Positions 1 through 7,312 of a DNA stretch of 36,119 nt are shown one piece after another. Each line of letters begins with the position of its first letter. The stretch's first letter is position 1. The stretch spans positions 1 through 36,119 of IMG/VR virus record IMGVR_UViG_3300032257_000061. One strand, given 5' to 3'. The notes below the pieces were generated by a model. That model was not told where the DNA came from and did not search any database. It saw nothing but the letters and a program-made list of their open reading frames with translations. Origin of the DNA: a virus (lineage: Duplodnaviria > Caudoviricetes). The position numbers were made by a program, and so were the translations under genes.

Positions 1-127
1 CATTGATTAGGTTTGCGAAGCCTGATTAAGCAGTAAGACAGATTAGAGATTTACGACTCAACCGCTCTATGAGCAACCAATGTAAGTATCTTATCTAAAT
101 TACCGTTTAATCACAAGTATTCCTAGT
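1..127. repeat. Terminal direct repeat, left copy (identical to 35993-36119)
   Basis: cattgattagg...tattcctagt occurs at both ends. 127 bp equals a common assembler k-mer, so this is most likely a circularisation overlap. Confidence 0.97.
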
Positions 128-154
128 CTTAATTTAATTTTAGGAGATACGACT

Positions 155-343
155 GTGGATTTAAGTAATTGCTGCGGCGCTCATGTCGATTCAGATATTC
201 TAATTTGCTCAAAATGTAAAGAGCATTGCGATATATGTAAAACAGAGGTTTGTTTTTCTTGTGATAAAGAGTTTGAAGCAGAGCCAGTAAATGACCGTGA
301 TGAAGGCTGGTTTTGTGACGAATGCCTAGTGAATGAACAATGA
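155..343 (+). CDS. Small Cys-rich, probable zinc-binding protein
   Basis: Several CxxC motifs (CSKC, CDIC, CFSC, CDEC); AGGAG RBS before the GTG start; ATGA overlap with the next gene. Confidence 0.7.
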   Translation: MDLSNCCGAHVDSDILICSKCKEHCDICKTEVCFSCDKEFEAEPVNDRDEGWFCDECLVNEQ

Positions 344-561
344 AATACGCTACAGAGCAAAGACTAAGGCTTATAGACTTTCTGCTTGCTAACTACGGCA
401 TGGTAAATAGAGTGGCAATTATTGATTATTTTGATATTAGCCCCGCTGCTGCAACAAGAGATTTCAGGAAATATGAAGAGCTTTGTAAATCAAATATGGC
501 TTATGACCCTACGTCTAGGTTCTATCTAAAAACCCCTAATTTCAATAGATTCTTCAAATAG
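340..561 (+). CDS. Stand-alone winged-helix domain resembling the N-terminus of CapW/BrxR-type WYL regulators
   Basis: EQRLRLIDFLL...VNRVAIIDYFDISPAAATRDFRKYEEL...NMAYDPTSRFY...F matches my recollection of the CapW-type wHTH; no WYL domain follows. Confidence 0.7.
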   Translation: MKYATEQRLRLIDFLLANYGMVNRVAIIDYFDISPAAATRDFRKYEELCKSNMAYDPTSRFYLKTPNFNRFFK

Positions 562-578
562 TCGAAAAGGACACAGCT

Positions 579-770
579 ATGAGTGAATATCATTGTAAAG
601 AGTCATGCAATAAATGTGCAGGAAAAAATAAGATAGAAATTGTTGATAACACAGATTCACATATAAACGAATGTAAAACGAGATGCATTGATTGTGGTCA
701 CGCTGATTATTGGGCTTACGGCTACTTTGAGTCAGGCACTGAAATGAAAAGCAATTGCAAGAAATGCTAA
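579..770 (+). CDS. Small Cys-rich hypothetical protein
   Basis: CNKC and CIDC pairs; AAGGA RBS. Confidence 0.65.
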   Translation: MSEYHCKESCNKCAGKNKIEIVDNTDSHINECKTRCIDCGHADYWAYGYFESGTEMKSNCKKC

Positions 771-794
771 CCAACCTTAACTAAGGAGATAGAC

Positions 795-995
795 ATGATA
801 GATGATAACAACGTAGAACTTAAATGGTTCGTAACGCATTACAAAGGTGGACAAAAATCTGAACCTGTATTGATGTGTAGATTTAGAAATGTGTACAGTG
901 ACAATTCTTATGTAGGAGAAGCAGTAAAACCACGTTGGGGTGAGTGGGAAGTTGTACAAACTGAAACTGTTCTTAGTGATGAGGAAATGCTATGA
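795..995 (+). CDS. Hypothetical protein
   Basis: AAGGAG RBS; ATGA overlap with the next ORF. Confidence 0.65.
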   Translation: MIDDNNVELKWFVTHYKGGQKSEPVLMCRFRNVYSDNSYVGEAVKPRWGEWEVVQTETVLSDEEML

Positions 996-1297
996 GTGAA
1001 TTTGTAAAGCATCCACAGCTTATAAAAGGAAATACGATGAATGAAGAAATACACGATTCGCCAGAAGAATATAGAGCGAGCTTCGATAAGAGCTTTGAGG
1101 AAGAGCTTGTATCATTAATAAACATTAAATGCAGAGAAGGTGAAAGCAATACGCCTGATTTTATATTGGCAGAGTATATGAGCGACTGTCTAAAAGCATT
1201 TAACAAGTCCGTGAATAAGCGGGAAGAATGGCACGGGAGAGTTGCCACAAATACTAGCAGATATGGTGTAAGCATACAGATCGAGGATGAGTCATGA
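992..1297 (+). CDS. Conserved phage hypothetical protein
   Basis: LIN...E.ESNTPDFILAEYM..CL.AF motif seen in phage hypotheticals; coupled to both neighbours. Confidence 0.7.
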   Translation: MSEFVKHPQLIKGNTMNEEIHDSPEEYRASFDKSFEEELVSLINIKCREGESNTPDFILAEYMSDCLKAFNKSVNKREEWHGRVATNTSRYGVSIQIEDES

Positions 1298-1584
1298 ATA
1301 ACATAGTTAAATTCCCAACATCAGAAGACGATAAATTTTCTTACTTTGAGACTGAGATAGGGTTAGGCATTCAAGACCGCTATGAGTCAGTGAAAATAAC
1401 CAGAGCTGGCTATATGCCAAACACGCCTCTGCCTAACTCTTTTGTTTTGCACCTAAGCAATCAAGACCACGTGCCACACAACAGAGATGATCTAGCGGCA
1501 TTCCTATGGGCTGCCGCGGCATTCCTTGACTCTGATGAGCGGTATAGACCTAACGTTGATCTAGTAGGCTTAGATTACGAGTAA
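1294..1584 (+). CDS. Hypothetical protein
   Basis: ATGA overlap with the upstream ORF; GAGGA upstream. Confidence 0.65.
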   Translation: MNNIVKFPTSEDDKFSYFETEIGLGIQDRYESVKITRAGYMPNTPLPNSFVLHLSNQDHVPHNRDDLAAFLWAAAAFLDSDERYRPNVDLVGLDYE

Positions 1585-1602
1585 CCAACCTAACAGGAGA
1601 AG

Positions 1603-1773
1603 ATGATGGATTTTACGTTTAAGATTATGGAAGGCTGGGATATTGCACAACTCAGAGAAGTACGAAAGCAGCTTAGAGACATCCTTGCTGCTGAGATTCA
1701 AATAAGAAACTCTATGAAGGCTGAAATTATGTACTTGCAGACTGAAGTAGCTAAATATAAAGAAGCCAGTTAA
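1603..1773 (+). CDS. Small coiled-coil-like hypothetical protein (56 aa, not in ORF track)
   Basis: AGGAG RBS; translates as MMDFTFKIMEGWDIAQLREVRKQLRDIL...KEAS*. Confidence 0.6.
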   Translation: MMDFTFKIMEGWDIAQLREVRKQLRDILAAEIQIRNSMKAEIMYLQTEVAKYKEAS

Positions 1774-1788
1774 CCCCAAGAGGAAATA

Positions 1789-1989
1789 ATGATGAAATAC
1801 GATTTTAAGAGCTTTATAGAAAAAGCAACTGAGATTACTTTTAGTGACATGATGGAATTTTCATCTAAATTCAAAAAACATTTAATTAGTGAAGGCTACG
1901 AAGCAATACCAATACACCAGATAGCAAAATGCTTGATATGTGCATCAGATGAGCTTATTGATGAAGAATCTAAAAAACCAAAAACCTAA
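1789..1989 (+). CDS. Hypothetical protein
   Basis: GAGGA RBS; operon context. Confidence 0.6.
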   Translation: MMKYDFKSFIEKATEITFSDMMEFSSKFKKHLISEGYEAIPIHQIAKCLICASDELIDEESKKPKT

Positions 1990-2172
1990 ATGAAATACAC
2001 AGTTAAACAACACGGCAAAAAGCACCAGATAGTCAGTAAAGACGGAATTGTAATAGATGAATATAGCCTAGACGATGAAGTCAATGCTAATAAGCGATGT
2101 GAAGCCATTAACGCTATTAATTTAAGTTGGGATAAGAAACGTGAAGAAAAGAATAAAGCCAAAGACTTGTAA
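1990..2172 (+). CDS. Hypothetical protein
   Basis: Abuts the upstream stop codon; operon context. Confidence 0.55.
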   Translation: MKYTVKQHGKKHQIVSKDGIVIDEYSLDDEVNANKRCEAINAINLSWDKKREEKNKAKDL

Positions 2173-2686
2173 GGTTTGCAAGGGGAAATACACCCCCTTT
2201 CAGACTACCCAGCAGGTATGCGGCCCAATATGCGCTATAAAGCATTCTCAGGCAGCTAAGGACAAGGCATTCAAGAAAGAGACTAAACGACTAAAGGATA
2301 AGGCTAAAACTCGCGCTAAGTGGCTGGAAGAAGCTCAAACGGCCTTTAATGCTTATATTCGCCAGCGTGATATTAACGAGCCTTGCATAAGCTGCGGAAC
2401 CACTAAGCAAAATATCCAATATTGTGCGGGTCATTACTTCACGCGGGGCGGTCATCCAGAGCTTAGATTTTCAGAATTAAATGTTCACAAACAATGCAAC
2501 AAGAATTGCAATCTCATGCTATCAGGCAATATAGCGGCCTACAGGGTTAATCTACTGGCTAAGATAGGCATCGAGGCGCTAACTTGGCTAGAAGGCCAAC
2601 ACAGGGCGCAGAAGTGGTCTATTGATGATATTAAAGAGATTAAACAATATTATAAAGATCAATTTAAGGAGTTAAGCAAGTGTTAA
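2141..2686 (+). CDS. ninG: NinG/Rap-family recombination endonuclease
   Basis: CKVC...CGPIC, AQTAFNAYIRQRD, PCISCG, AGHY, LRFSELNVHKQC..CN, GNIAAYR motifs. Confidence 0.92.
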   Translation: MKKRIKPKTCKVCKGKYTPFQTTQQVCGPICAIKHSQAAKDKAFKKETKRLKDKAKTRAKWLEEAQTAFNAYIRQRDINEPCISCGTTKQNIQYCAGHYFTRGGHPELRFSELNVHKQCNKNCNLMLSGNIAAYRVNLLAKIGIEALTWLEGQHRAQKWSIDDIKEIKQYYKDQFKELSKC

Positions 2687-2997
2687 ACCTTGACGAGCTT
2701 GAAATAACAGACCATTTTAAGGAAATGTTAATACAGCGAGCGCCATACCTAGTAAGAAACGTAAAAGGCGGCGGCTTTATTATTAATATGCTCAAGCTAG
2801 AAATAATGCTATCTCTAGCAAAAGAAATAGAAAGAAAAGACAGTATATTTAGAAAGATAAAGCACAGGGGCGAGGCTAGATTTTACGACAATAAAGTAAG
2901 CAAGAAAAAGAAAAGGCTTGTATTTGTAATAGCAAATAAAAAGCTAATAACGGTTTATCCATATTACGGAAGCTTTGCGGATAAAGGTATAAGCTAA
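2680..2997 (+). CDS. Basic hypothetical protein, possible DUF4258/BECR-like fold
   Basis: ITDHFKEMLIQR near the N-terminus and LVFVIANKKLITVY at the C-terminus; AAGGAG RBS. Confidence 0.45.
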   Translation: MLNLDELEITDHFKEMLIQRAPYLVRNVKGGGFIINMLKLEIMLSLAKEIERKDSIFRKIKHRGEARFYDNKVSKKKKRLVFVIANKKLITVYPYYGSFADKGIS

Positions 2998-3023
2998 TTT
3001 TATACACCCCCTAAAATAACTCA

Positions 3024-3053
3024 TTGGCCAAAGCTTAATAACTGGTAGAGAAT
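3024..3053 (+). promoter_or_regulatory. Putative sigma70 promoter for a possibly leaderless transcript
   Basis: TTGGCC-18 nt-GAGAAT, with the ATG at 3060 only 6 nt after the -10 and no SD. Confidence 0.35.
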
Positions 3054-3059
3054 TACACC

Positions 3060-3209
3060 ATGAATATAACAATTGAAAGACAAGACGTAGCAGAGGCAAC
3101 CAATCAATTGCTTGATACTGTATGTTGCAGCTTAACCGCTCAACAAGAGCTAGAGTATCTAGAATGGTTAATTCTTACTTTAAAAGAGCGACAGGAGAAT
3201 GTCGAATGA
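3060..3209 (+). CDS. Small hypothetical protein (49 aa, not in ORF track)
   Basis: MNITIERQDVAEATNQLL...KERQENVE*; ATGA overlap with the recT start at 3206. Confidence 0.6.
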   Translation: MNITIERQDVAEATNQLLDTVCCSLTAQQELEYLEWLILTLKERQENVE

Positions 3210-4174
3210 GCAATGAAGCACAACAACTAGAAAATAGACCGCCTTGGCAATTAGCCTTAGCTGGTTCTAAAGATAAGTTTTTAGAGATTAACAAGGTAAA
3301 TAATTTTGTTAATTATGATACAGAGGCAATGTTTGCACTACAGCTAATCACTAAGAATGATTATCTAATGAAGATAGCAAATAATAATCCCAAGTCTTTA
3401 CGCAATGCAGTTATTAATATTGCTGCAATTGGATTAAGCCTTAATCCTGCTACTAGATACGCTTATCTTGTACCGCGTGATAATCAAGCCTGCTTAGATA
3501 TTAGCTATATTGGTTTAATTAAACTAGCTACCGATACAGGCTCTATTTTATGGGCTAGGGCTGAGTTAATACATGAAAATGACGATTTTATTTACAGAGG
3601 AGCAACACAGAAGGCCGATTTTGAATGCACTAAACCATTTGATAGAGGCGCTATTCTAGGCGTTTACTGTGAAGCAAAGACAAAAGAAGGTGATTATCTA
3701 GCTGGCGTTATGTCATTAAAAGAAATAAACGAGATTAAAGATAAATCACAAGGCGCAAATTCAAGCTTTAGCCCTTGGAATACGTTTTTCGGAGAAATGG
3801 CTAAAAAGACCATAATTAAGCGTGAGTCTAAAACATGGCCTAAAACTGATAAATCAGAGCGATTTGATAATGCTATTGAAGTAATTAACGAGCATGACGG
3901 TATAGACTTTAACGAACACCCGATTGTAAGAGCCATAGAGAAGCACAAAGACACAATTGATGTAGTTGTTGAGGCTTTGGCAAATGAGCGATACGAGGAG
4001 GCAGCAGAGGCTTATTTCGAGCTAACAAACGATGAAATGATGAGTATTAATATTTCACCAACTAAGTGCAAAGAATTGGGTATTGATGCGCCATTCACAA
4101 CGGCAGAGAAAAAGCTTATTAAAGAGTCGCTATCTCAATACCATCCAGCAAGATTGGTTAGTGAAGATGGCTAA
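3206..4174 (+). CDS. recT: RecT-family single-strand annealing protein (start moved from 3122 to 3206)
   Basis: AAIGLSLNP...AYLVPR...LDISYIGL, SPW..FFGEMAKKTIIKR..KTWP; AGGAG RBS before ATG 3206. Confidence 0.92.
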   Translation: MSNEAQQLENRPPWQLALAGSKDKFLEINKVNNFVNYDTEAMFALQLITKNDYLMKIANNNPKSLRNAVINIAAIGLSLNPATRYAYLVPRDNQACLDISYIGLIKLATDTGSILWARAELIHENDDFIYRGATQKADFECTKPFDRGAILGVYCEAKTKEGDYLAGVMSLKEINEIKDKSQGANSSFSPWNTFFGEMAKKTIIKRESKTWPKTDKSERFDNAIEVINEHDGIDFNEHPIVRAIEKHKDTIDVVVEALANERYEEAAEAYFELTNDEMMSINISPTKCKELGIDAPFTTAEKKLIKESLSQYHPARLVSEDG

Positions 4175-4331
4175 ACGACCAGCAGACAGGAAAGGCGAAA
4201 ATGAAAGGAAGTGGCAAAAGGATTTTAGAGATAAAAAGCGGGCTGATGGCTATGTTCATTTACAAAAATGGGTGCATATCAGCAATAAAAAGAAGATCGT
4301 TCAGTTTATAGATGAAATTGAAAAGTCTTAA
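4167..4331 (+). CDS. Small basic protein, possible DNA-binding/DUF3018-like
   Basis: MAKRPAD...WQKDFRDKKRADGYVHLQKWVH; the start at 4167 overlaps the recT stop. Confidence 0.5.
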   Translation: MAKRPADRKGENERKWQKDFRDKKRADGYVHLQKWVHISNKKKIVQFIDEIEKS

Positions 4332-4440
4332 ACCAAGCCACATAGGGCCGTGCTAGGCCGTGGTTAACCCTGTTTGCCCTGCCGTTAGCATGTATGTGGT
4401 GTACCGAGCTGGTCGGTGGGGCGCTTAATAAGAGGAAAGA

Positions 4441-4710
4441 ATGATGAGCATACCGGAATTAAATAAGCATCCAGCCGTATTAGAAGTTATTGATGAGCGA
4501 GAGCGTCAGATTTCTAAATGGGGCGATGAGATTAACGATGATTTATGGACTCCGCTTGATTGGCATGAAATGATTTCAGATTACAATGGTTGGGCTAGAC
4601 GTATGGCAGCTATGGGAAGCAATGACAAAGCTCGTAAGCGATATATTCAAATAGCAACTCTAGCAATTGCAGCAGTTGAAAGCATCGATAGAAGGGCTAA
4701 CAAAACATAG
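4441..4710 (+). CDS. MazG-like all-alpha NTP pyrophosphohydrolase-family protein
   Basis: EVIDERERQISKWG...YIQIATLAIAAVESIDR pattern; GAGGA RBS. Confidence 0.55.
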   Translation: MMSIPELNKHPAVLEVIDERERQISKWGDEINDDLWTPLDWHEMISDYNGWARRMAAMGSNDKARKRYIQIATLAIAAVESIDRRANKT

Positions 4711-4724
4711 CCAAGGACAATATT

Positions 4725-4943
4725 ATGAATATAGTAAACTTAGTAAAGAAAGCAGACGCACCTAAATCACACGCTTCAATAGAGCCACTATGCAGCCTAC
4801 CAGAGACATTAAGCATGTATGAAGATGGTAGATACTACGCACCACTTGAGCCCAACAATAAAGCAGCTAATGAGCCTGCTAGGTTTGGCGATACTGTAGC
4901 TGTTTTGCGTAGTGATATTTTAAAGTATTACGATATAGCATAG
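4725..4943 (+). CDS. Hypothetical protein
   Basis: AAGGA RBS; operon context. Confidence 0.6.
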   Translation: MNIVNLVKKADAPKSHASIEPLCSLPETLSMYEDGRYYAPLEPNNKAANEPARFGDTVAVLRSDILKYYDIA

Positions 4944-4961
4944 GCATAGCCTGAAGGAAAT

Positions 4962-5327
4962 ATGATGAGCGATAAATCAATGCCAAGAACTATATATGCA
5001 GGGAAAATTTATCCTTCTAACACTAGTGGAAAATGGTTCGATAAAGCAATAGATCACCCAGCAATGCCGAAAACACCCTACATGAAAGCATCGGATGTTA
5101 TTGCTAATACAGATGAGCTGATGAGAGTATCTATTGCAAGAGAAAGAACACTAAAGAAAAAGCACAAAGCCGACCTACAGCGTGAGAAGCTTGCGTTGAT
5201 GGAGCATGAAATAAATGAAATAAGCGGAATCATGCAAGCTGGTGAGTTTAGTTACAATCAAGCTATTGTTGATGTATTAAAAATACTAAGGGATAAAAAA
5301 CGTAGCATACAGAGCGAGGTGGAGTGA
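4962..5327 (+). CDS. Hypothetical protein sharing an N-terminal motif with 5624-5968
   Basis: AAGGA RBS; K.MP...YA.K....N.SGKWF motif. Confidence 0.65.
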   Translation: MMSDKSMPRTIYAGKIYPSNTSGKWFDKAIDHPAMPKTPYMKASDVIANTDELMRVSIARERTLKKKHKADLQREKLALMEHEINEISGIMQAGEFSYNQAIVDVLKILRDKKRSIQSEVE

Positions 5328-5620
5328 TGAATACCAAACTAGATCATTTAATAGGCTGCGTTGGTGAGGAGTGTGGAGAAATACAACAGGTTATAGGTAA
5401 GATAATTCGCTTTGGTATCTTAGATACAAACCCGCATACGAAAAACACTAATTGGGTTGAGTTACGCAAAGAAGTTCACGATTTAGTTGCCGTGTATGAA
5501 ATGGTTTGTGACGAGTTTGATCGAGTGGAAACTTTAGATAGAAAACTTATCGACAAAAAGAAAAAGCGAGTTCTTAAATACATGGAGTACGCAAGAGAAA
5601 AAGGGCAACTTGAGGATTAA
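5324..5620 (+). CDS. MazG-like nucleotide pyrophosphohydrolase
   Basis: EECGE...K..RFG...EL..EVHDL (EExxE...ExxD metal-binding pattern). Confidence 0.7.
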   Translation: MMNTKLDHLIGCVGEECGEIQQVIGKIIRFGILDTNPHTKNTNWVELRKEVHDLVAVYEMVCDEFDRVETLDRKLIDKKKKRVLKYMEYAREKGQLED

Positions 5621-5623
5621 ACA

Positions 5624-5968
5624 ATGACCAATAAAGATACATTCAGAACAGGTACACCAGATGGCTCGCCATTGTTAAATAATAATCCATTGAACAATAA
5701 AGATATGCCAGATGTTTTCTATGCGCATAAATTTACAGGCGACAATTCGAGTGGCAAATGGTTCAGCGCAAAAGTTTATACAGCTAATTGGACTAAGTGT
5801 TACTCACAATCTCACATAGACGAGCTAACACAGCAGCATGAGGCAGAACTTAAGGCGCATTCGATAGCGTTCTTTTATTGGTGGCATAACCAATCAGGCA
5901 CTAATACTGAGCAAGGATATGAAAGCTATTTAGAACATCTAAACGCAAAGGTAAAAGACGATGAGTGA
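5624..5968 (+). CDS. Hypothetical protein
   Basis: GAGGA RBS; contains the shared SGKWF motif and a WWHNQSGTNTEQG segment. Confidence 0.65.
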   Translation: MTNKDTFRTGTPDGSPLLNNNPLNNKDMPDVFYAHKFTGDNSSGKWFSAKVYTANWTKCYSQSHIDELTQQHEAELKAHSIAFFYWWHNQSGTNTEQGYESYLEHLNAKVKDDE

Positions 5969-6287
5969 GTTAAAGCCGTGTCCGTTCTGTGGTGGTGAAG
6001 CTAAATTACACCATGTTGGTAACATGCACACTAAAAAGAGAGTTTCAGTTGTTGAATGCCAGACTTTCGGGTGTTTTGGCCTGGCTCGTGTTGGGGCGCT
6101 AAAACATGACTTTGAATGGATGGATGAAAAGGTAATAGATAAATGGAACACCAGAAACAACGAAGCATTTAAGCTTGAGCTTATAGAGGCTATTGAGGGT
6201 GCTGTTGACTCTACTATATGGGGATATGATGGCGATTGCAACGTAATGGATAACATAAAGGAAGCAATTGATGAGGTGATTAAATGA
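5961..6287 (+). CDS. Lar-like restriction alleviation protein (zinc ribbon)
   Basis: LKPCPFCGGEA...VEC...C...I.KWNTR. Confidence 0.75.
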   Translation: MSELKPCPFCGGEAKLHHVGNMHTKKRVSVVECQTFGCFGLARVGALKHDFEWMDEKVIDKWNTRNNEAFKLELIEAIEGAVDSTIWGYDGDCNVMDNIKEAIDEVIK

Positions 6288-6478
6288 GTAAAACACTAGC
6301 ATTAATATCCTTAATAGCGATATGGATTATTATTGGCATGGAGTTAGTCAAAGCCTGTGATGTTGATGATCTAACTGATTATTCAGCTCATCATTTACTT
6401 GTAGTTTGTACGCCTGTTACTGGTGGGTATGCAAAGAATCTGTATTATAAAGGTGATGAAAAATGTGGAGTAAATTAG
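6284..6478 (+). CDS. Small protein with an N-terminal hydrophobic helix
   Basis: LALISLIAIWIIIG; GAGGTG RBS; ATGA overlap. Confidence 0.55.
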   Translation: MSKTLALISLIAIWIIIGMELVKACDVDDLTDYSAHHLLVVCTPVTGGYAKNLYYKGDEKCGVN

Positions 6479-6721
6479 AATGAGATCGTTTTTATTCGCA
6501 TTATGGCTTAAGTATTGGGTAGCTGTACTGCCTTATATGAAGAATGAAAAATGCGTAAAAGCACATGATAAATTAATCAGAAGACTAAGAGCAAGACTAG
6601 GAAATTAAAATGAAAAATGAATCAAAACACGAAAGTAAACTACCAGCAATATTCCTTATGATAGCTGCATTGTTATTGTTCTATGCGGCATTTATGGCAG
6701 TTACTGAGGTTGTAGAGTTTG

Positions 6722-6949
6722 TTATTTCGCTGCTTTAGTTGATATAAGAATGCCTTCTAGCGTTTCTATCCGCTTATCACCTAATACAACTCTAATATAG
6801 GTATCATCGGCCACACAAGATAGCTCGGCCTCTGTGAATGATCTTAGGCTTGGCGGTATCTTTCCTGATAAATCAGCGGGCAAATATTCAATAGTAGTGC
6901 AGCTAGTCAGGCTTATTATAATGGCCGCGCTCAATAGGCTTGCTTTCAT
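6722..6949 (-). CDS. Putative o-spanin (lipoprotein)
   Basis: Lipobox LTSC after a short signal; overlaps the 3' end of the i-spanin candidate at the end of the late operon. Confidence 0.7.
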   Translation of the reverse strand: MKASLLSAAIIISLTSCTTIEYLPADLSGKIPPSLRSFTEAELSCVADDTYIRVVLGDKRIETLEGILISTKAAK

Positions 6950-7124
6950 TCTCTAATCCCTCCACTAGTGCATCTGTGGCTTTCTCTGATGATCGCTGCA
7001 ACGCCTTAGCTCGTTTCAGCTCTTCTTGCTTACGTTCTGCCTTTTCATTAGCCAGCGAGCCTCTAAGGAATAATACAGCAAACGCTAATACAGCACTTAA
7101 GCCGCCTAGTATTTTACTTAGCAC
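6903..7124 (-). CDS. Putative i-spanin (start probably GTG 7124)
   Basis: N-terminal TM helix followed by a charged coiled coil; lies between holin and lipoprotein candidates. Confidence 0.65.
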   Translation of the reverse strand: MLSKILGGLSAVLAFAVLFLRGSLANEKAERKQEELKRAKALQRSSEKATDALVEGLENESKPIERGHYNKPD

Positions 7125-7311
7125 CGACAGCACCAGTAGTTTTGTGCCTAAGAAATGCAACAACAACACTAACACCCATGAATACATAGCCATAGTTTCC
7201 AGCTAGTTTATCTTGCAGCATTGGTAAAGCCTGCAAAACAACAGCGGCCACAGCTAATAATGCTGCATAATCATAAGTTCGTGATTTTTTTATAATACCC
7301 TTGTATGTCAT
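7114..7311 (-). CDS. Putative holin (2 TM helices)
   Basis: 65 aa, KSRT before TM1, two hydrophobic helices, basic C-terminus LRHKTT; adjacent to spanins. Confidence 0.7.
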   Translation of the reverse strand: MTYKGIIKKSRTYDYAALLAVAAVVLQALPMLQDKLAGNYGYVFMGVSVVVAFLRHKTTGAVGAK

Positions 7312-7312
7312 T

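Noticed and set aside
20-75. Hammerhead ribozyme (CTGATTA)
   Set aside because: The core differs from CUGANGA and no GAAA partner is present.
3122-3205. N-terminal extension of RecT
   Set aside because: This stretch belongs to the 3060-3209 ORF; the RBS supports the start at 3206.
4337-4400. Pistol or twister ribozyme
   Set aside because: The UAGGGC/GCCCU pairing recalls pistol, but the conserved linker nucleotides and stem order do not match.
577-6302. - strand ORFs within the + early arm (e.g. 577-774, 973-1275, 3694-3954, 5939-6256)
   Set aside because: Antisense to tightly coupled + strand genes that have clear RBSs.
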